DNA of 64,000 nt from positions 59,557-123,556 of the forward strand of contig CBEUCH010000011.1 of NCBI GenBank assembly GCA_965541585.1. Reading direction: 5' to 3'. Shown piece after piece: positions 10,770 to 20,480 of the stretch. How positions within the stretch are numbered: position 1 is the stretch's first letter; each line of letters opens with the position of its first letter. The stretch is from an uncultured bacterium (GTDB lineage: Bacteria; Zixibacteria; MSB-5A5; UBA10806). Made by a program: the position numbers and the translations under genes. Under the pieces are notes generated by a model, which had not been told where the DNA came from, did not search any database, and worked only from the letters and a program-made list of their open reading frames with translations.

Positions 10770-12476
10770 ATGCAAATAGGCAAGTTTGGATTTAAGTGGC
10801 ATAAATTGGCATTGATTTGCCTGCTATTCCTGGGATGTGGGGCTTCTTATAACCTTAGCGATTTCAGGGAATATTCGAAAAAGGATAGAGAATTTGATGC
10901 CAGGATGTATCCGGTTATGTCCACCATGAGGGGTGTTCACACGTACGACGGAGAATGGCCCGACTGCACAGTTGCAGGGCGAAAGAATAAAGAGAAGAAT
11001 TTGGAGAAATCTCTCGAGGAATTGAGTGAGATAGATACAACAGGTTGGCCAATCGATGACCAGATTGATTATATGATGAATTATAATAACGTGCGTTTGG
11101 AAAAGGAAATGGGCTTATCAGAAATCTATCACGAGAACTCTCCGTTCCATTATCTTGAGATGATTTACACGGGGCTGACCGCCATTCTTTTACGGGATCC
11201 TTATTTAGGTGAGGAGACTATGTCGTCGGTTCTAAGCAGAATCCGGAAGGTCCCGGAGTTTCTGTCGATCGCAGGAAAAAACTTGCGTTCATCGAATTAT
11301 GCTGATTGTCAGTACTCCCTGGTTTCCGTACAAAGAACAACAGACGTCATAAAAGGGGTATGCGATGATATCATAGCACGATATCCTGAGAGAAACGCCG
11401 AAATATCGTCGCTAAAGAATAAATCCGTTCTGGCTGCCAGGCAATTTTCCCAGGATGCGTTAGAAAGGGCAACGGCGCCGGAGAGCGCTTTCTTTCTGGG
11501 AGAAGGGAATTATCGGATAGTGATCCGCGACCTTTTCTTTCTGGATTTTGATTGCGATTCTATCATGAATCTGGCCGCCACCGTGTTCCATGAAGCTGAT
11601 TCCCTGGAAAACTATTACAGGACGAAAATTCCTCATGACGAGGACGCCTTTCCATGGCATCATGACTACATTGTCTATCCCGGATGGGATTCTATAATTG
11701 CGTACTCATCTTACCAAGAGGATCTCCTGGAGAGATTTCTTGACGCTAATGATATAATTGCAATCCCGGATGGGCTGCTTAGAGTCGAATTCATAGAAGT
11801 ACCTTCATTCCTTGAATCGAGATTTTTCAAGAAGGACGTGTTTGGCGGGCCCGGGCCCCTGGATACTAACCGAATCGCTTACTACTACATTGGTGAATCG
11901 GTAAGCTGGAGAGCTGATGGTGAGTCCCCTTTCGGCGTCGCTCCAAACAGGTCATTCAAGGAGAACATGGTCGAAAAGATTATACGTGGGAATTATCTGG
12001 TCTCGCAGATGGCTTCCACGAATCCCTCTATACACAGACAAATGAGCTCCGATCAAATGTATATCATTGGCTGGAATTATTACATATGGGAAGTTCTTTT
12101 GCAAATGGGTCTGTTCGAAAATCAGGATGAGATGCTTGCCGAGTATTACGGCAGTTTGAAAACTATCGCCCTGCAAACGATAGCGGACGTCGGTTTCAAT
12201 TTGGGCAAGCATGACGTTGATGTGTCGCGGAAGATGTTTATAGATAGCCTGCAGATGGATTCTGATTACGCTGAATTTAGAACTTACTTTTCCTCGATAT
12301 TCCCCTACAATAGTTTATCGTGTATCGTGGGGCGAGAATTGTTCAAGGACATGCGAAAAAAGGCACAGGCGTTGGAGGGAGTTGAATTCGATCTCGAATT
12401 ATTCCACGGTAAGATACTAACTGAGGGCGCAATTCCGCCAATGCTGATCGCCAGAAAATACGGCTGGGAATTATAA
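10770..12476 (+). CDS. DUF885-like lipoprotein (divergent)
   Basis: Lipobox LFLGC and DUF885-type C-terminus (GW..Y.E.L, D.G, FDL..FH..IL.EGAIP). Confidence 0.72.
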   Translation: MQIGKFGFKWHKLALICLLFLGCGASYNLSDFREYSKKDREFDARMYPVMSTMRGVHTYDGEWPDCTVAGRKNKEKNLEKSLEELSEIDTTGWPIDDQIDYMMNYNNVRLEKEMGLSEIYHENSPFHYLEMIYTGLTAILLRDPYLGEETMSSVLSRIRKVPEFLSIAGKNLRSSNYADCQYSLVSVQRTTDVIKGVCDDIIARYPERNAEISSLKNKSVLAARQFSQDALERATAPESAFFLGEGNYRIVIRDLFFLDFDCDSIMNLAATVFHEADSLENYYRTKIPHDEDAFPWHHDYIVYPGWDSIIAYSSYQEDLLERFLDANDIIAIPDGLLRVEFIEVPSFLESRFFKKDVFGGPGPLDTNRIAYYYIGESVSWRADGESPFGVAPNRSFKENMVEKIIRGNYLVSQMASTNPSIHRQMSSDQMYIIGWNYYIWEVLLQMGLFENQDEMLAEYYGSLKTIALQTIADVGFNLGKHDVDVSRKMFIDSLQMDSDYAEFRTYFSSIFPYNSLSCIVGRELFKDMRKKAQALEGVEFDLELFHGKILTEGAIPPMLIARKYGWEL

Positions 12477-12514
12477 ACGGATTAGATACTCCGGGGCAAT
12501 ACAATTGGATCCTT

Positions 12515-12544
12515 GGAGGTTCGATTCCTCCCCCTTCCGGTGTT
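12515..12544 (+). repeat. Duplicated 3' end of tRNA-Sec (attR-like)
   Basis: Identical to 7378-7407 over 30 bp. Confidence 0.92.
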
Positions 12545-13061
12545 ATCCGATGTTTCCCTCTTCCATTCGCAAAAACTCCAGCCCTTTATTGCTTATCTCA
12601 TAATAGGTATGGTTGCGGTGCTTGATCCACTTGTTTTTGACGATACCTTTTCGGTATTGGATCATTTTTGGCTGGACTCTAATTAAGAGTCCCAGGTCAC
12701 GAAGCTCCCTATGCCGTTCGAATACCGTGGCCCTGTCGATACCGACCGATTTGGCCACCACCGCCGCATAATCGACCCCCATTACCGCGTGATGCTTCAA
12801 TATCTTGAAATCCGTCTCATCCAGAAGCTTGAAAACGGGATCATCAGCGAGGGTATGCTCATCATCCTCAACAAGAATCTCCTCCCAAGTCAATTTCACC
12901 AGCCTCTCCGGCTGGATGGATCGCAGGTTTCCACAGCCGGCTTTATGGACGGAGAGCACACCGCTGTCGGGTTTGAGGAACCCCCTGATTTCGTCAGAGG
13001 GCTCAGGCCCACAGCATCGGGCGATTCTAAAGTCTTCCCTTATTCCAAGTGGATCGGTCAT
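12543..13061 (-). CDS. RelA/SpoT zinc-finger-like domain fused to DUF2250-type winged helix
   Basis: N-terminus IARCCGPEPSDEIRGFL...SVHKAGCGNL; C-terminus GVDYA..VAK...LRDLGLL.RV...KHRNHTYYEIS..G. ATG 13061 preferred over TTG 13070 because it follows TTGCCA-16-TATATT. Confidence 0.7.
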   Translation of the reverse strand: MTDPLGIREDFRIARCCGPEPSDEIRGFLKPDSGVLSVHKAGCGNLRSIQPERLVKLTWEEILVEDDEHTLADDPVFKLLDETDFKILKHHAVMGVDYAAVVAKSVGIDRATVFERHRELRDLGLLIRVQPKMIQYRKGIVKNKWIKHRNHTYYEISNKGLEFLRMEEGNIG

Positions 13062-13215
13062 AATTATCAATATACGGACTTTCTACCAATTGGCAAAAAA
13101 TTAGCGATGGGGGCATGCCGTATTTCTATCGCCGCTAGTGTCCTCTCCTAAAGGGCTTGAATTATCATCACCTATAAGCTTATATTCGGTAATACATTCT
13201 TGATATGGAGGAATG

Positions 13216-14289
13216 GTGAGCGCGAAAGAAGAAATATTCAAGCTGACTCAATTCGCCGCCTGTGCCGGGTGAGCGTCGAAACTCAGTCGCACTGAGCTCG
13301 TCCAGGTCCTGGGCGATTTGCACCTGCAGAAATTCGATAACGTGCTGGTGGGCACGGAGCTTTTCGATGATGCCGGGGTGGTTAGAATTTCCGACGATCT
13401 CGCTATCGTAACCACGGTGGATTATTTCACACCCGTGGTGGACGACGCCTTCGATTTCGGCGCCATCGCAGCCGCCAACTCGCTCTCGGATCTATACGCA
13501 ATGGGAGGAAAGGCAGTCGCGGCTATCAATATAGTCGGATTTCCGGAGAAAGATCTCCCGTATTCGGTGCTCAAGAAGATTATCGAGGGTGGCCTGTCAG
13601 TGACGAAGGAGGCCGGGATTCCAATCGTGGGTGGTCATACGGTTAAAGCGCCCGAGCCGTTTTACGGGCTTTCCATCACCGGAACCGTGAGACCGGACAG
13701 GATCTTGACAAACTCATCCGCTCAAACCGGTGACAATCTTTATTTGACAAAACCGCTGGGCACCGGCTTGATAACTACCGGTTTGAAAAACGGCAAAGTG
13801 ACTCCCGAAATAGTTGCAAATGCGGTTGAAGTTATGAAAGAGTTGAACCGGTCGGCCTCCGAGGCCGTCAGGGCAGCCACAGAACATGAACAGTCTTACA
13901 ACTGCGCTGTTACCGATATTACCGGCTACGGACTTTTAGGGCATCTATCCGAAATGCTATCAGCATCGAAGAAATCTGCGGTGATAAATTATTCTACAGT
14001 ACCGTTGATGCCGGGAACAATAGAGCTTGCGAAGCAAAATCTTTTCCCCGGCGGCAGCCGTTCCAATCTCTTAAACGTCGAGCCTGATATGTTATGGAGT
14101 GGGGCATTCGAAAAATACGAGCAACTTATCCTGGCAGACGCACAAACGTCGGGGGGACTGCTAATTTCCATAAGAGCGGATCTGGCGGGATCGCTGGAAA
14201 CAGAATTAAAAAGACGGGATGTGAAATTCGCAAAGATCGGCGATGTAGTAGAAAGGGCGGAATGGCTGATAAAAGTGGTAAAAAGCTAA
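13216..14289 (+). CDS. selD: Selenide, water dikinase SelD; selenoprotein with in-frame TGA (Sec) at 13270-13272
   Basis: Reading from GTG 13216 (or ATG 13213) after GGAGG gives ...FKLTQFAACAG-U-ASKL..., in frame with the 13318 ORF. DDAGV, TVDYFTPVVDD, ANSLSDLYAMGG, DITGYGLLGH and DAQTSGGLL motifs follow. Confidence 0.95.
13271..13300 (+). promoter_or_regulatory. Putative bacterial SECIS element of selD
   Basis: Hairpin CTCAGT-CGC-ACTGAG (13282-13296) starts 10 nt after the TGA, with possible lower-stem pairing. Confidence 0.65.
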
Positions 14290-15626
14290 AGCTCTCGCGG
14301 TTTCCGAGTATCTCATCGATACTGGAGGATGACCGCTTAAAGCCTCTTTTTGAAAAATGGTCATTTGTATTCGTCTCAGGCGAGGTCAAGAGGCTGGCGG
14401 CCGGGTTGAAGAAAAGCGCTCTTAAGGAAAGTAAGATTCCCTCCCGGAATGAACTGGTCTCGCAGGCCCTGAGGCTATTTGTAAAATATGATACCGATCT
14501 TATTCGTCCCGTAATCAATGGCACAGGTGTTATACTGCACACCAACCTCGGCCGGGCGCCAATTGATCCGGATTTATATGACCAATTGAAAGACGCCGTC
14601 TGCGGTTACTCCAACCTGGAATACGATATTGATCAGAACAAAAGATCTAAAAGAGGTCTGATGGCCGGCAGGATGATAGCCACTCTGGCGGGAGCGGAGG
14701 CCGGGATGATGGTCAATAATAATGCCGCGGCCGTATACCTGATTGTAGCCAATCTCGCCGGCGGCAAGGAAGTAATTATCTCCCGGGGCCAGTTGGTGCA
14801 GATCGGAGGCGGTTTCAGAATTCCGGAAATAATCGAACGTTCCGGGGCTGTGTTAAAAGAGATAGGCACCACCAATAAGACATCCCTGGCCGATTATAGA
14901 AAAGCCATAAACAAAAATACCGGTCTGATTCTGGTGGTGCATAAGAGCAATTTTATCCAGAGAGGTTTTACAGCGGAACCTGAGCCTGCCAGGATAGTGG
15001 AATTGGCGAAACAGAAAAGACTGCCGGTATGTTACGATCTGGGTTCAGGGCTTCTGGCATCCAGCACGAAATTTGCCTCTCTCGATGAACCGGACGTTAT
15101 AGGCGCAGTAAAAACGGGCGCCGACCTGGTTTGCTTTTCAGGGGACAAGCTTCTTGGCGGCCCGCAGGCCGGTTTGATAGTCGGCAAACAGAGACGGATA
15201 TCGGCACTCCTTAAAGATCCCATTTATAGAGTGATTCGGCCGGATAAGTTGACCATCGGTTTGATGGAAAAGACCCTGCTTGAATATCTGACCAGCAAAT
15301 CGGTCAATCCCTGCCATACAATGGCATCAATATCAATCGACAGCCTTAAAAAGAGAGCAAATGTCATCTTAGCGGCCGTTCAGAGTCCGGATATCAAGAC
15401 TGTTGATCTCAAGAGCTCTTTCGGCGGGGGCTCGCTGCCGGAGTATGAGTTTGACAGTTTCGGGATCAAGATTGCAGGAAATGCCGTCACGCTTTCCGCG
15501 AAGCTTAAGGCTGCCTTGATTCCCGTGATTTGCAGGAGCATCGCTTCTGGCGTACTAATCGATTTAAGAACAGTATCCCCCGATCAGGACGGGAGCCTTA
15601 TCGAGGCTATCAGTTCATGTTTGTAG
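14262..15626 (+). CDS. selA: L-seryl-tRNA(Sec) selenium transferase SelA
   Basis: VINGTGVILHTNLGRA, VNNNAAA, ISRGQLVQIGGGFRIPE, EIGTTNKT and FSGDKLLGGPQAG (PLP Lys) motifs. Start reassigned to ATG 14262. Confidence 0.96.
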   Translation: MADKSGKKLKLSRFPSISSILEDDRLKPLFEKWSFVFVSGEVKRLAAGLKKSALKESKIPSRNELVSQALRLFVKYDTDLIRPVINGTGVILHTNLGRAPIDPDLYDQLKDAVCGYSNLEYDIDQNKRSKRGLMAGRMIATLAGAEAGMMVNNNAAAVYLIVANLAGGKEVIISRGQLVQIGGGFRIPEIIERSGAVLKEIGTTNKTSLADYRKAINKNTGLILVVHKSNFIQRGFTAEPEPARIVELAKQKRLPVCYDLGSGLLASSTKFASLDEPDVIGAVKTGADLVCFSGDKLLGGPQAGLIVGKQRRISALLKDPIYRVIRPDKLTIGLMEKTLLEYLTSKSVNPCHTMASISIDSLKKRANVILAAVQSPDIKTVDLKSSFGGGSLPEYEFDSFGIKIAGNAVTLSAKLKAALIPVICRSIASGVLIDLRTVSPDQDGSLIEAISSCL

Positions 15627-17488
15627 TCGGAACGGCCGGACATATAGATCACGGCAAGTCGGCGTTGGTACTGAAAATGACCGGCATCGATCCGGATCGT
15701 TTGCCCGAGGAGAAAAGGCGAGGCATGACCATCGATCTGGGATTTGCCTGGGCGGAGTTGCCCTCCGGTCAGACTATCGGCATAGTCGATGTGCCGGGTC
15801 ACGAAAAATTCGTCAGGAACATGGTGGCGGGGGTCGGGGGAATCGATGCCGTGATTTTCGTGATTGCTTCCGACGATGGTTGGATGCCGCAATCCGACGA
15901 ACATTTCCAGATTATCAGTCTTCTGGGAATAAAAACTGGTTTCGTGGCGCTAACAAAGAAAGACCTCGTCGATGATGAGCTTCTTCAGCTTCAGGCCGAC
16001 GATATACGTGATCATCTTAAAGGCAGTTTTCTCGAGGACTGCCCGATAATACCGGTTTCGAGTGTCACGGGTGAAGGTGTAGATGAGGTGATGAAAACCC
16101 TTGATACCATTCTTACGGGCGACATTCAAAAGCCGGATCTCGGCGCAGCCAGGCTTTTCATAGACCGTCGCTTTACCATACAGGGGATGGGCACGGTTGT
16201 GACCGGCACCTTGCTGGAAGGTAGCCTGACGGTCGATCAGCAGATCGAGATTCAACCCTCCGGGAAGACAGCAAGGATTAGAAACCTCCAGACGCATCAA
16301 GCCGAGATCGAAGAGGCTCGTCCGGGAAGCCGCGTAGCCATAAATCTTGCGGGAATGGAAAAAATGGACGTGACCAGGGGCGACGCAGTTTGCGCTCCGG
16401 ACTCCATTGCTCCGACTGATACGATAGCCGCCGAATTAACGCTTCTCGAGCGTTCAAAATTTCCTCTCAAAAACGGAATCGAGCTGTCATTTCTTCTGGG
16501 TACCGCCGATGTGCTTGCCAGGGTGTATATGCTGCAATCGGATCTTCTGAAGCCGGGTGAAAAATCGCTTGTCAGGCTTCGTTTGAAAGAACCGGTAGCG
16601 GCAAAGATCGGCGATCGCTTCATAATAAGACGTATCAGCCCCCAGGATACTATAGGCGGCGGAATAGTGCTCGATACCGAGGTTATGATCGGGAAAAAGA
16701 ATAAGATCAAGCAGATCGAAATCCTTAAGGCCAGGCAGAGCCTTACACCCGAATCCATAATCTCCTCAGAGCTTTTGAAAGAGAATAAGCTCTCGTTATC
16801 AAGATTTCAAATGAATTTGCCATATAGCAGGGACGAGATGAAAAGCGCCCTGAAATCGTTATCCGAGCGGGGGGACGTTCTGATGACCGGCAACATTATA
16901 GTCTCGAAGCATTCCCTGGAGAAATTTGTCGAACCGGCCTGCAAGTTAATTGAAGACGATCATCAGATGCGGCCCTGGGCCGGTGGCATCGAACCGGGGA
17001 CTCTTGGCAAGAAGTTGAAAATAGCGCCTGAACGGCTTCCGGAGGTGGTAGATTATCTGGTATCGACCGGCAGGCTAGCTATTGAAAGCGGATTTTTAAA
17101 ACACCCGGAGCACAGGGCCGAACTCAAGCCGGACCAGAAGGATCTGCAGGGCAAACTTAATGTACGGCTTTCCGCCAGCCCTCTGAGCGCTCCCATAAGG
17201 AAGGAATTTATCGACGAAGACCCAAGATACGAGATAGTTTTGAATTTTCTGCGGGACCGGGGAGACATTATAGAATTAAAGGGGGGGATACTGTTTACCA
17301 GCAGGGATTTTGAGATGATAGTCAACAGAGTGATTGAATATCTAAAACAGGTCAAGCAAGCTAAAGCATCGGACATAAAATCACACCTCGATACCAGCCG
17401 TAAGTACGTGATTCCGCTTTTGGAAAAACTGGATCATATGGGCGTAACCGTTCGGAACGGCGATAACCGCACCTTAGCAAAGAAATAG
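15617..17488 (+). CDS. selB: Selenocysteine-specific elongation factor SelB
   Basis: GTAGHIDHGKS, DRLPEEKRRGMTIDLGFA, DVPGHEKFVRNM and C-terminal winged helix TSRKYVIPLLE. Start ATG 15617. Confidence 0.97.
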   Translation: MFVVGTAGHIDHGKSALVLKMTGIDPDRLPEEKRRGMTIDLGFAWAELPSGQTIGIVDVPGHEKFVRNMVAGVGGIDAVIFVIASDDGWMPQSDEHFQIISLLGIKTGFVALTKKDLVDDELLQLQADDIRDHLKGSFLEDCPIIPVSSVTGEGVDEVMKTLDTILTGDIQKPDLGAARLFIDRRFTIQGMGTVVTGTLLEGSLTVDQQIEIQPSGKTARIRNLQTHQAEIEEARPGSRVAINLAGMEKMDVTRGDAVCAPDSIAPTDTIAAELTLLERSKFPLKNGIELSFLLGTADVLARVYMLQSDLLKPGEKSLVRLRLKEPVAAKIGDRFIIRRISPQDTIGGGIVLDTEVMIGKKNKIKQIEILKARQSLTPESIISSELLKENKLSLSRFQMNLPYSRDEMKSALKSLSERGDVLMTGNIIVSKHSLEKFVEPACKLIEDDHQMRPWAGGIEPGTLGKKLKIAPERLPEVVDYLVSTGRLAIESGFLKHPEHRAELKPDQKDLQGKLNVRLSASPLSAPIRKEFIDEDPRYEIVLNFLRDRGDIIELKGGILFTSRDFEMIVNRVIEYLKQVKQAKASDIKSHLDTSRKYVIPLLEKLDHMGVTVRNGDNRTLAKK

Positions 17489-17503
17489 CAGCAGTTTCGC
17501 ACC

Positions 17504-19099
17504 ATGGCAAATCGGAAAATATTTATAGACGGTAAATTCCATAACCTCGAGCCAGGGTCGAAAGTTATCCAGGCGATTGCGGTTGAGGACGGGGAAATAA
17601 TAGATGTCGGCTCCAACGTAAAGATAAAACCGCTTGGCCGGCGTGGCTTTGAGATCTACGATCTGAAAAGGAGATGCGTGCTCCCCGGAATAATCGATTC
17701 ACATCTTCATCTTTTATCGCTTGGCAATCTCTTCAGGAGGGTCGATCTGGATGATGTGGATTCGCTCGATGGGGTAGCGAACATCCTAAAAAAAGCGGTG
17801 TCGAAGCTTAGGACCGGGCAGTGGCTGCAGGGACGCGGCTGGAATAAGAACCTCTGGGGAGATGATTTTCCTGACAAGTATCTGCTGGACGCCATAACTA
17901 AGAATCCGGTCGCTCTTTATAGCAAGGACGGCCATCTTCTATGGGTCAACTCCGCTGCTTTGAAATATTGCGGTATCGACGGCAATACATCTGACCCGCC
18001 GGGGGGTGTCATACACAGAGATGCCGATAGAAATCCCACGGGAGTTCTTAAAGAAAATGCAGTCGATCTGGTTTCGAATAAGATACCTCCTCAATCTAAC
18101 GATGAGAAGACCGAGGCGATTGTTGCAGCCCAGAGACACCTTTTGAAACTGGGAATCGTGGCCGTCGGAGATTGCGATACTCAAACATCACAAATCTCGA
18201 AGTTCAATGAACTGGAGGTAACCGGCGGTCTTCAGATGCGGATTTTCAAGATGATCCACCCGGATGACCTCGATATTGCCGGTAAACTCAAACTGAAGAC
18301 CGGGATGGGCAGCTATCGTTTTCGAGTCGGTTGTCTCAAACTATTTGCGGACGGCGCTCTCGGCTCGCAGACGGCTTATATGTTCAAGCCTTACAATCAG
18401 ACTGAGAGCAATTACGGCGTGGAAACGTTGACTGAGAAAGAAATCGAAAAATACGTGTCGAAAGCAGTCAGGGCCGGAATCTCTGTCGCTGTTCATGCGA
18501 TCGGTGATAAGGCTAACTATCATGTTCTATCGGTGCTGGGAAGATATGCGGCCGCTTTTTCGGAAAAGGGATTGAGACCGAGAATCGAGCATGCGCAGAT
18601 TCTGAGGAGAAAAGAGATACCAAGTTTTAAGAAGTGCGGCGTGATTGCGTCGGTTCAACCTATCCATGTCACCTCCGACCGCGATATCTCCGATCGTTAC
18701 CTGGGCGAGAGGGCACGGTATACGTATCCTTTTAGATCGCTATTAAGATCAGGCGTCGAGCTGGCTTTCGGTTCCGATGCTCCCATAGAGACGGCCAATC
18801 CGATAGCTGGTATTCATGCCGCGGTGACCAGGAAGAGGCCGAATGAAAATCGAAAGGCCTGGTATTCCGGGGAGAGGATCACGGTTCGCCAGGCTTTAAG
18901 AGCATATACCGTGGGAGCCGCGAGAGCATGTTGCTACGATGATATAATTGGAAGTATAACCATTGGGAAGCGAGCCGATTTTGTGGTGCTGTCGGATGAT
19001 ATTTTCAAAACCAGAGTGGATGATATTCACCTTATAGAGGTTTTGGCGACAGTAGTCGATGGTAAGGTAGCGTTCGGTCGGCGCAATCTCGGACGATAA
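17504..19099 (+). CDS. Amidohydrolase 3 family (YtcJ-like) protein
   Basis: PGIIDSHLH, KLFADGALGSQTA, HAIGDKA, RIEHAQ and FGSDAP motifs. Confidence 0.9.
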   Translation: MANRKIFIDGKFHNLEPGSKVIQAIAVEDGEIIDVGSNVKIKPLGRRGFEIYDLKRRCVLPGIIDSHLHLLSLGNLFRRVDLDDVDSLDGVANILKKAVSKLRTGQWLQGRGWNKNLWGDDFPDKYLLDAITKNPVALYSKDGHLLWVNSAALKYCGIDGNTSDPPGGVIHRDADRNPTGVLKENAVDLVSNKIPPQSNDEKTEAIVAAQRHLLKLGIVAVGDCDTQTSQISKFNELEVTGGLQMRIFKMIHPDDLDIAGKLKLKTGMGSYRFRVGCLKLFADGALGSQTAYMFKPYNQTESNYGVETLTEKEIEKYVSKAVRAGISVAVHAIGDKANYHVLSVLGRYAAAFSEKGLRPRIEHAQILRRKEIPSFKKCGVIASVQPIHVTSDRDISDRYLGERARYTYPFRSLLRSGVELAFGSDAPIETANPIAGIHAAVTRKRPNENRKAWYSGERITVRQALRAYTVGAARACCYDDIIGSITIGKRADFVVLSDDIFKTRVDDIHLIEVLATVVDGKVAFGRRNLGR

Positions 19100-19138
19100 A
19101 CCTTGACACACAAGATCTTATAATCCTATCTTAGAACC

Positions 19139-20461
19139 ATGAGATTTAGCGCTATTTTGGTTCTCGTATTTATGATATTTGCAGTATCCTATTCGGAGGA
19201 TAGCCCGGATTCCCTTGAGGCGGCGTCCCCTAAGAGAATCGTAACGGTTATGGAAATTGCCTCGGCCATTGGACCGATAACGGTTCGTGAAATAGAAGAC
19301 GGGATAAGGCGATCGGAGAAACTGGATGCTGAAGCTTTCATAGTAAAATTAAACACTCCCGGTGGCAATACGGAATCGACATGGGATATCATCCAGGAAA
19401 TCCTGGCCTCGAATGTACCGGTCGTGATCTTCGTCTATCCCCCGGGGGCAAGGGCGGCCTCGGCGGGCGTTTATATAGCCTATGCCGCTCATCTAAGCGC
19501 TATGGCTCCCCAGACCAGCATCGGTTCGGCGCATCCGGTAGCTATGGGCGGAACCGAGATGGATTCCACTCTATCGGACAAGATTACCAACGACGCCGTG
19601 GCCAAGATAAAAACGCTTGCTAAAAAGCGCGGCAGGAATATGGAATGGGCCGAGGATGCCGTCAGAAAATCGGTGTCAGTAACAGAATTCGAAGCCCTCG
19701 AAATGAATGTCGTGGATTATGTGGCCGACAATCTCGACGATCTTCTGGAACAGATGGATCAGGATTCGGTTGATTTGATCACGGGCCCGTACATTATTAA
19801 CACTGCTGATGTCGAAGTTGTAGAACTTAAAGTCGGTCTGGCCAATCGGATTCTGGAAATAGTATCTGATCCCAATGTCGCGTATATACTCATGACAATC
19901 GGAATGCTCGGCCTCTATTTCGAGTTCTCCAACCCGGGCGCAGTGCTTCCCGGCGTTATAGGAGGAATCGCTCTCATACTGGCCCTGTTTTCGTTTCAGG
20001 CCCTACCGATCGATTTCGCCGGGGTGTTGCTCATTATCCTGGCCATGATATTGTTTTTGCTGGAATTAAAGATAGCGAGTCACGGTATCCTTGGAGGTGG
20101 AGGCGTGTTGAGCTTGTTTTTCGGTTCATTGATGTTGGTTAAAGAAACCGAGTTGCCGTATAAGGGAATATCCCTTTCGGTGATCGTACCGACCGTATTA
20201 GTCTTTACGCTATTTTTCTTCCTGGCCGCATATCTCTCGTTGCGAGCGCACCGGAGGAAGATAGCTACAGGCGATTCAGGCTTGAAGGGGGAAACGGGAT
20301 TTGCCAGGTCAGCCATCGGGCCGGATGGGGGCACGGTATTTATTCACGGCGAATTCTGGAAGGCTTATTCCGATAGCCAGATTGACCCTGACGCGCGGAT
20401 AAAGGTCGTGAATGTCAGGGGAATGGAATTAAAAGTAGAGCGAACTGAGAGAGTTGAATAG
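19139..20461 (+). CDS. NfeD family membrane-bound ClpP-class serine protease
   Basis: LNTPGG, RAASAG and IGSAHP motifs, membrane domain, C-terminal OB fold (GTVFIHGEFWKA); followed by slipin. Confidence 0.93.
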   Translation: MRFSAILVLVFMIFAVSYSEDSPDSLEAASPKRIVTVMEIASAIGPITVREIEDGIRRSEKLDAEAFIVKLNTPGGNTESTWDIIQEILASNVPVVIFVYPPGARAASAGVYIAYAAHLSAMAPQTSIGSAHPVAMGGTEMDSTLSDKITNDAVAKIKTLAKKRGRNMEWAEDAVRKSVSVTEFEALEMNVVDYVADNLDDLLEQMDQDSVDLITGPYIINTADVEVVELKVGLANRILEIVSDPNVAYILMTIGMLGLYFEFSNPGAVLPGVIGGIALILALFSFQALPIDFAGVLLIILAMILFLLELKIASHGILGGGGVLSLFFGSLMLVKETELPYKGISLSVIVPTVLVFTLFFFLAAYLSLRAHRRKIATGDSGLKGETGFARSAIGPDGGTVFIHGEFWKAYSDSQIDPDARIKVVNVRGMELKVERTERVE

Positions 20462-20480
20462 ATTATAGAGGGAGGATGTA

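Larger units (their letters stand above)
7378..12544. mobile_element. Genomic islet integrated at the tRNA-Sec 3' end, no integrase
   Basis: 30-bp exact direct repeat GGAGGTTCGATTCCTCCCCCTTCCGGTGTT at 7378-7407 and 12515-12544 encloses three accessory genes. Confidence 0.75.

Noticed and set aside
12515..12544. Second tRNA gene
   Set aside because: Only the T arm and 3' acceptor strand are present; upstream sequence cannot form D or anticodon arms.
14094..14261. Long N-terminal extensions of SelA (from 14094) and SelB (from 15530)
   Set aside because: They overlap the upstream genes; family-typical N-termini begin at 14262 and 15617.
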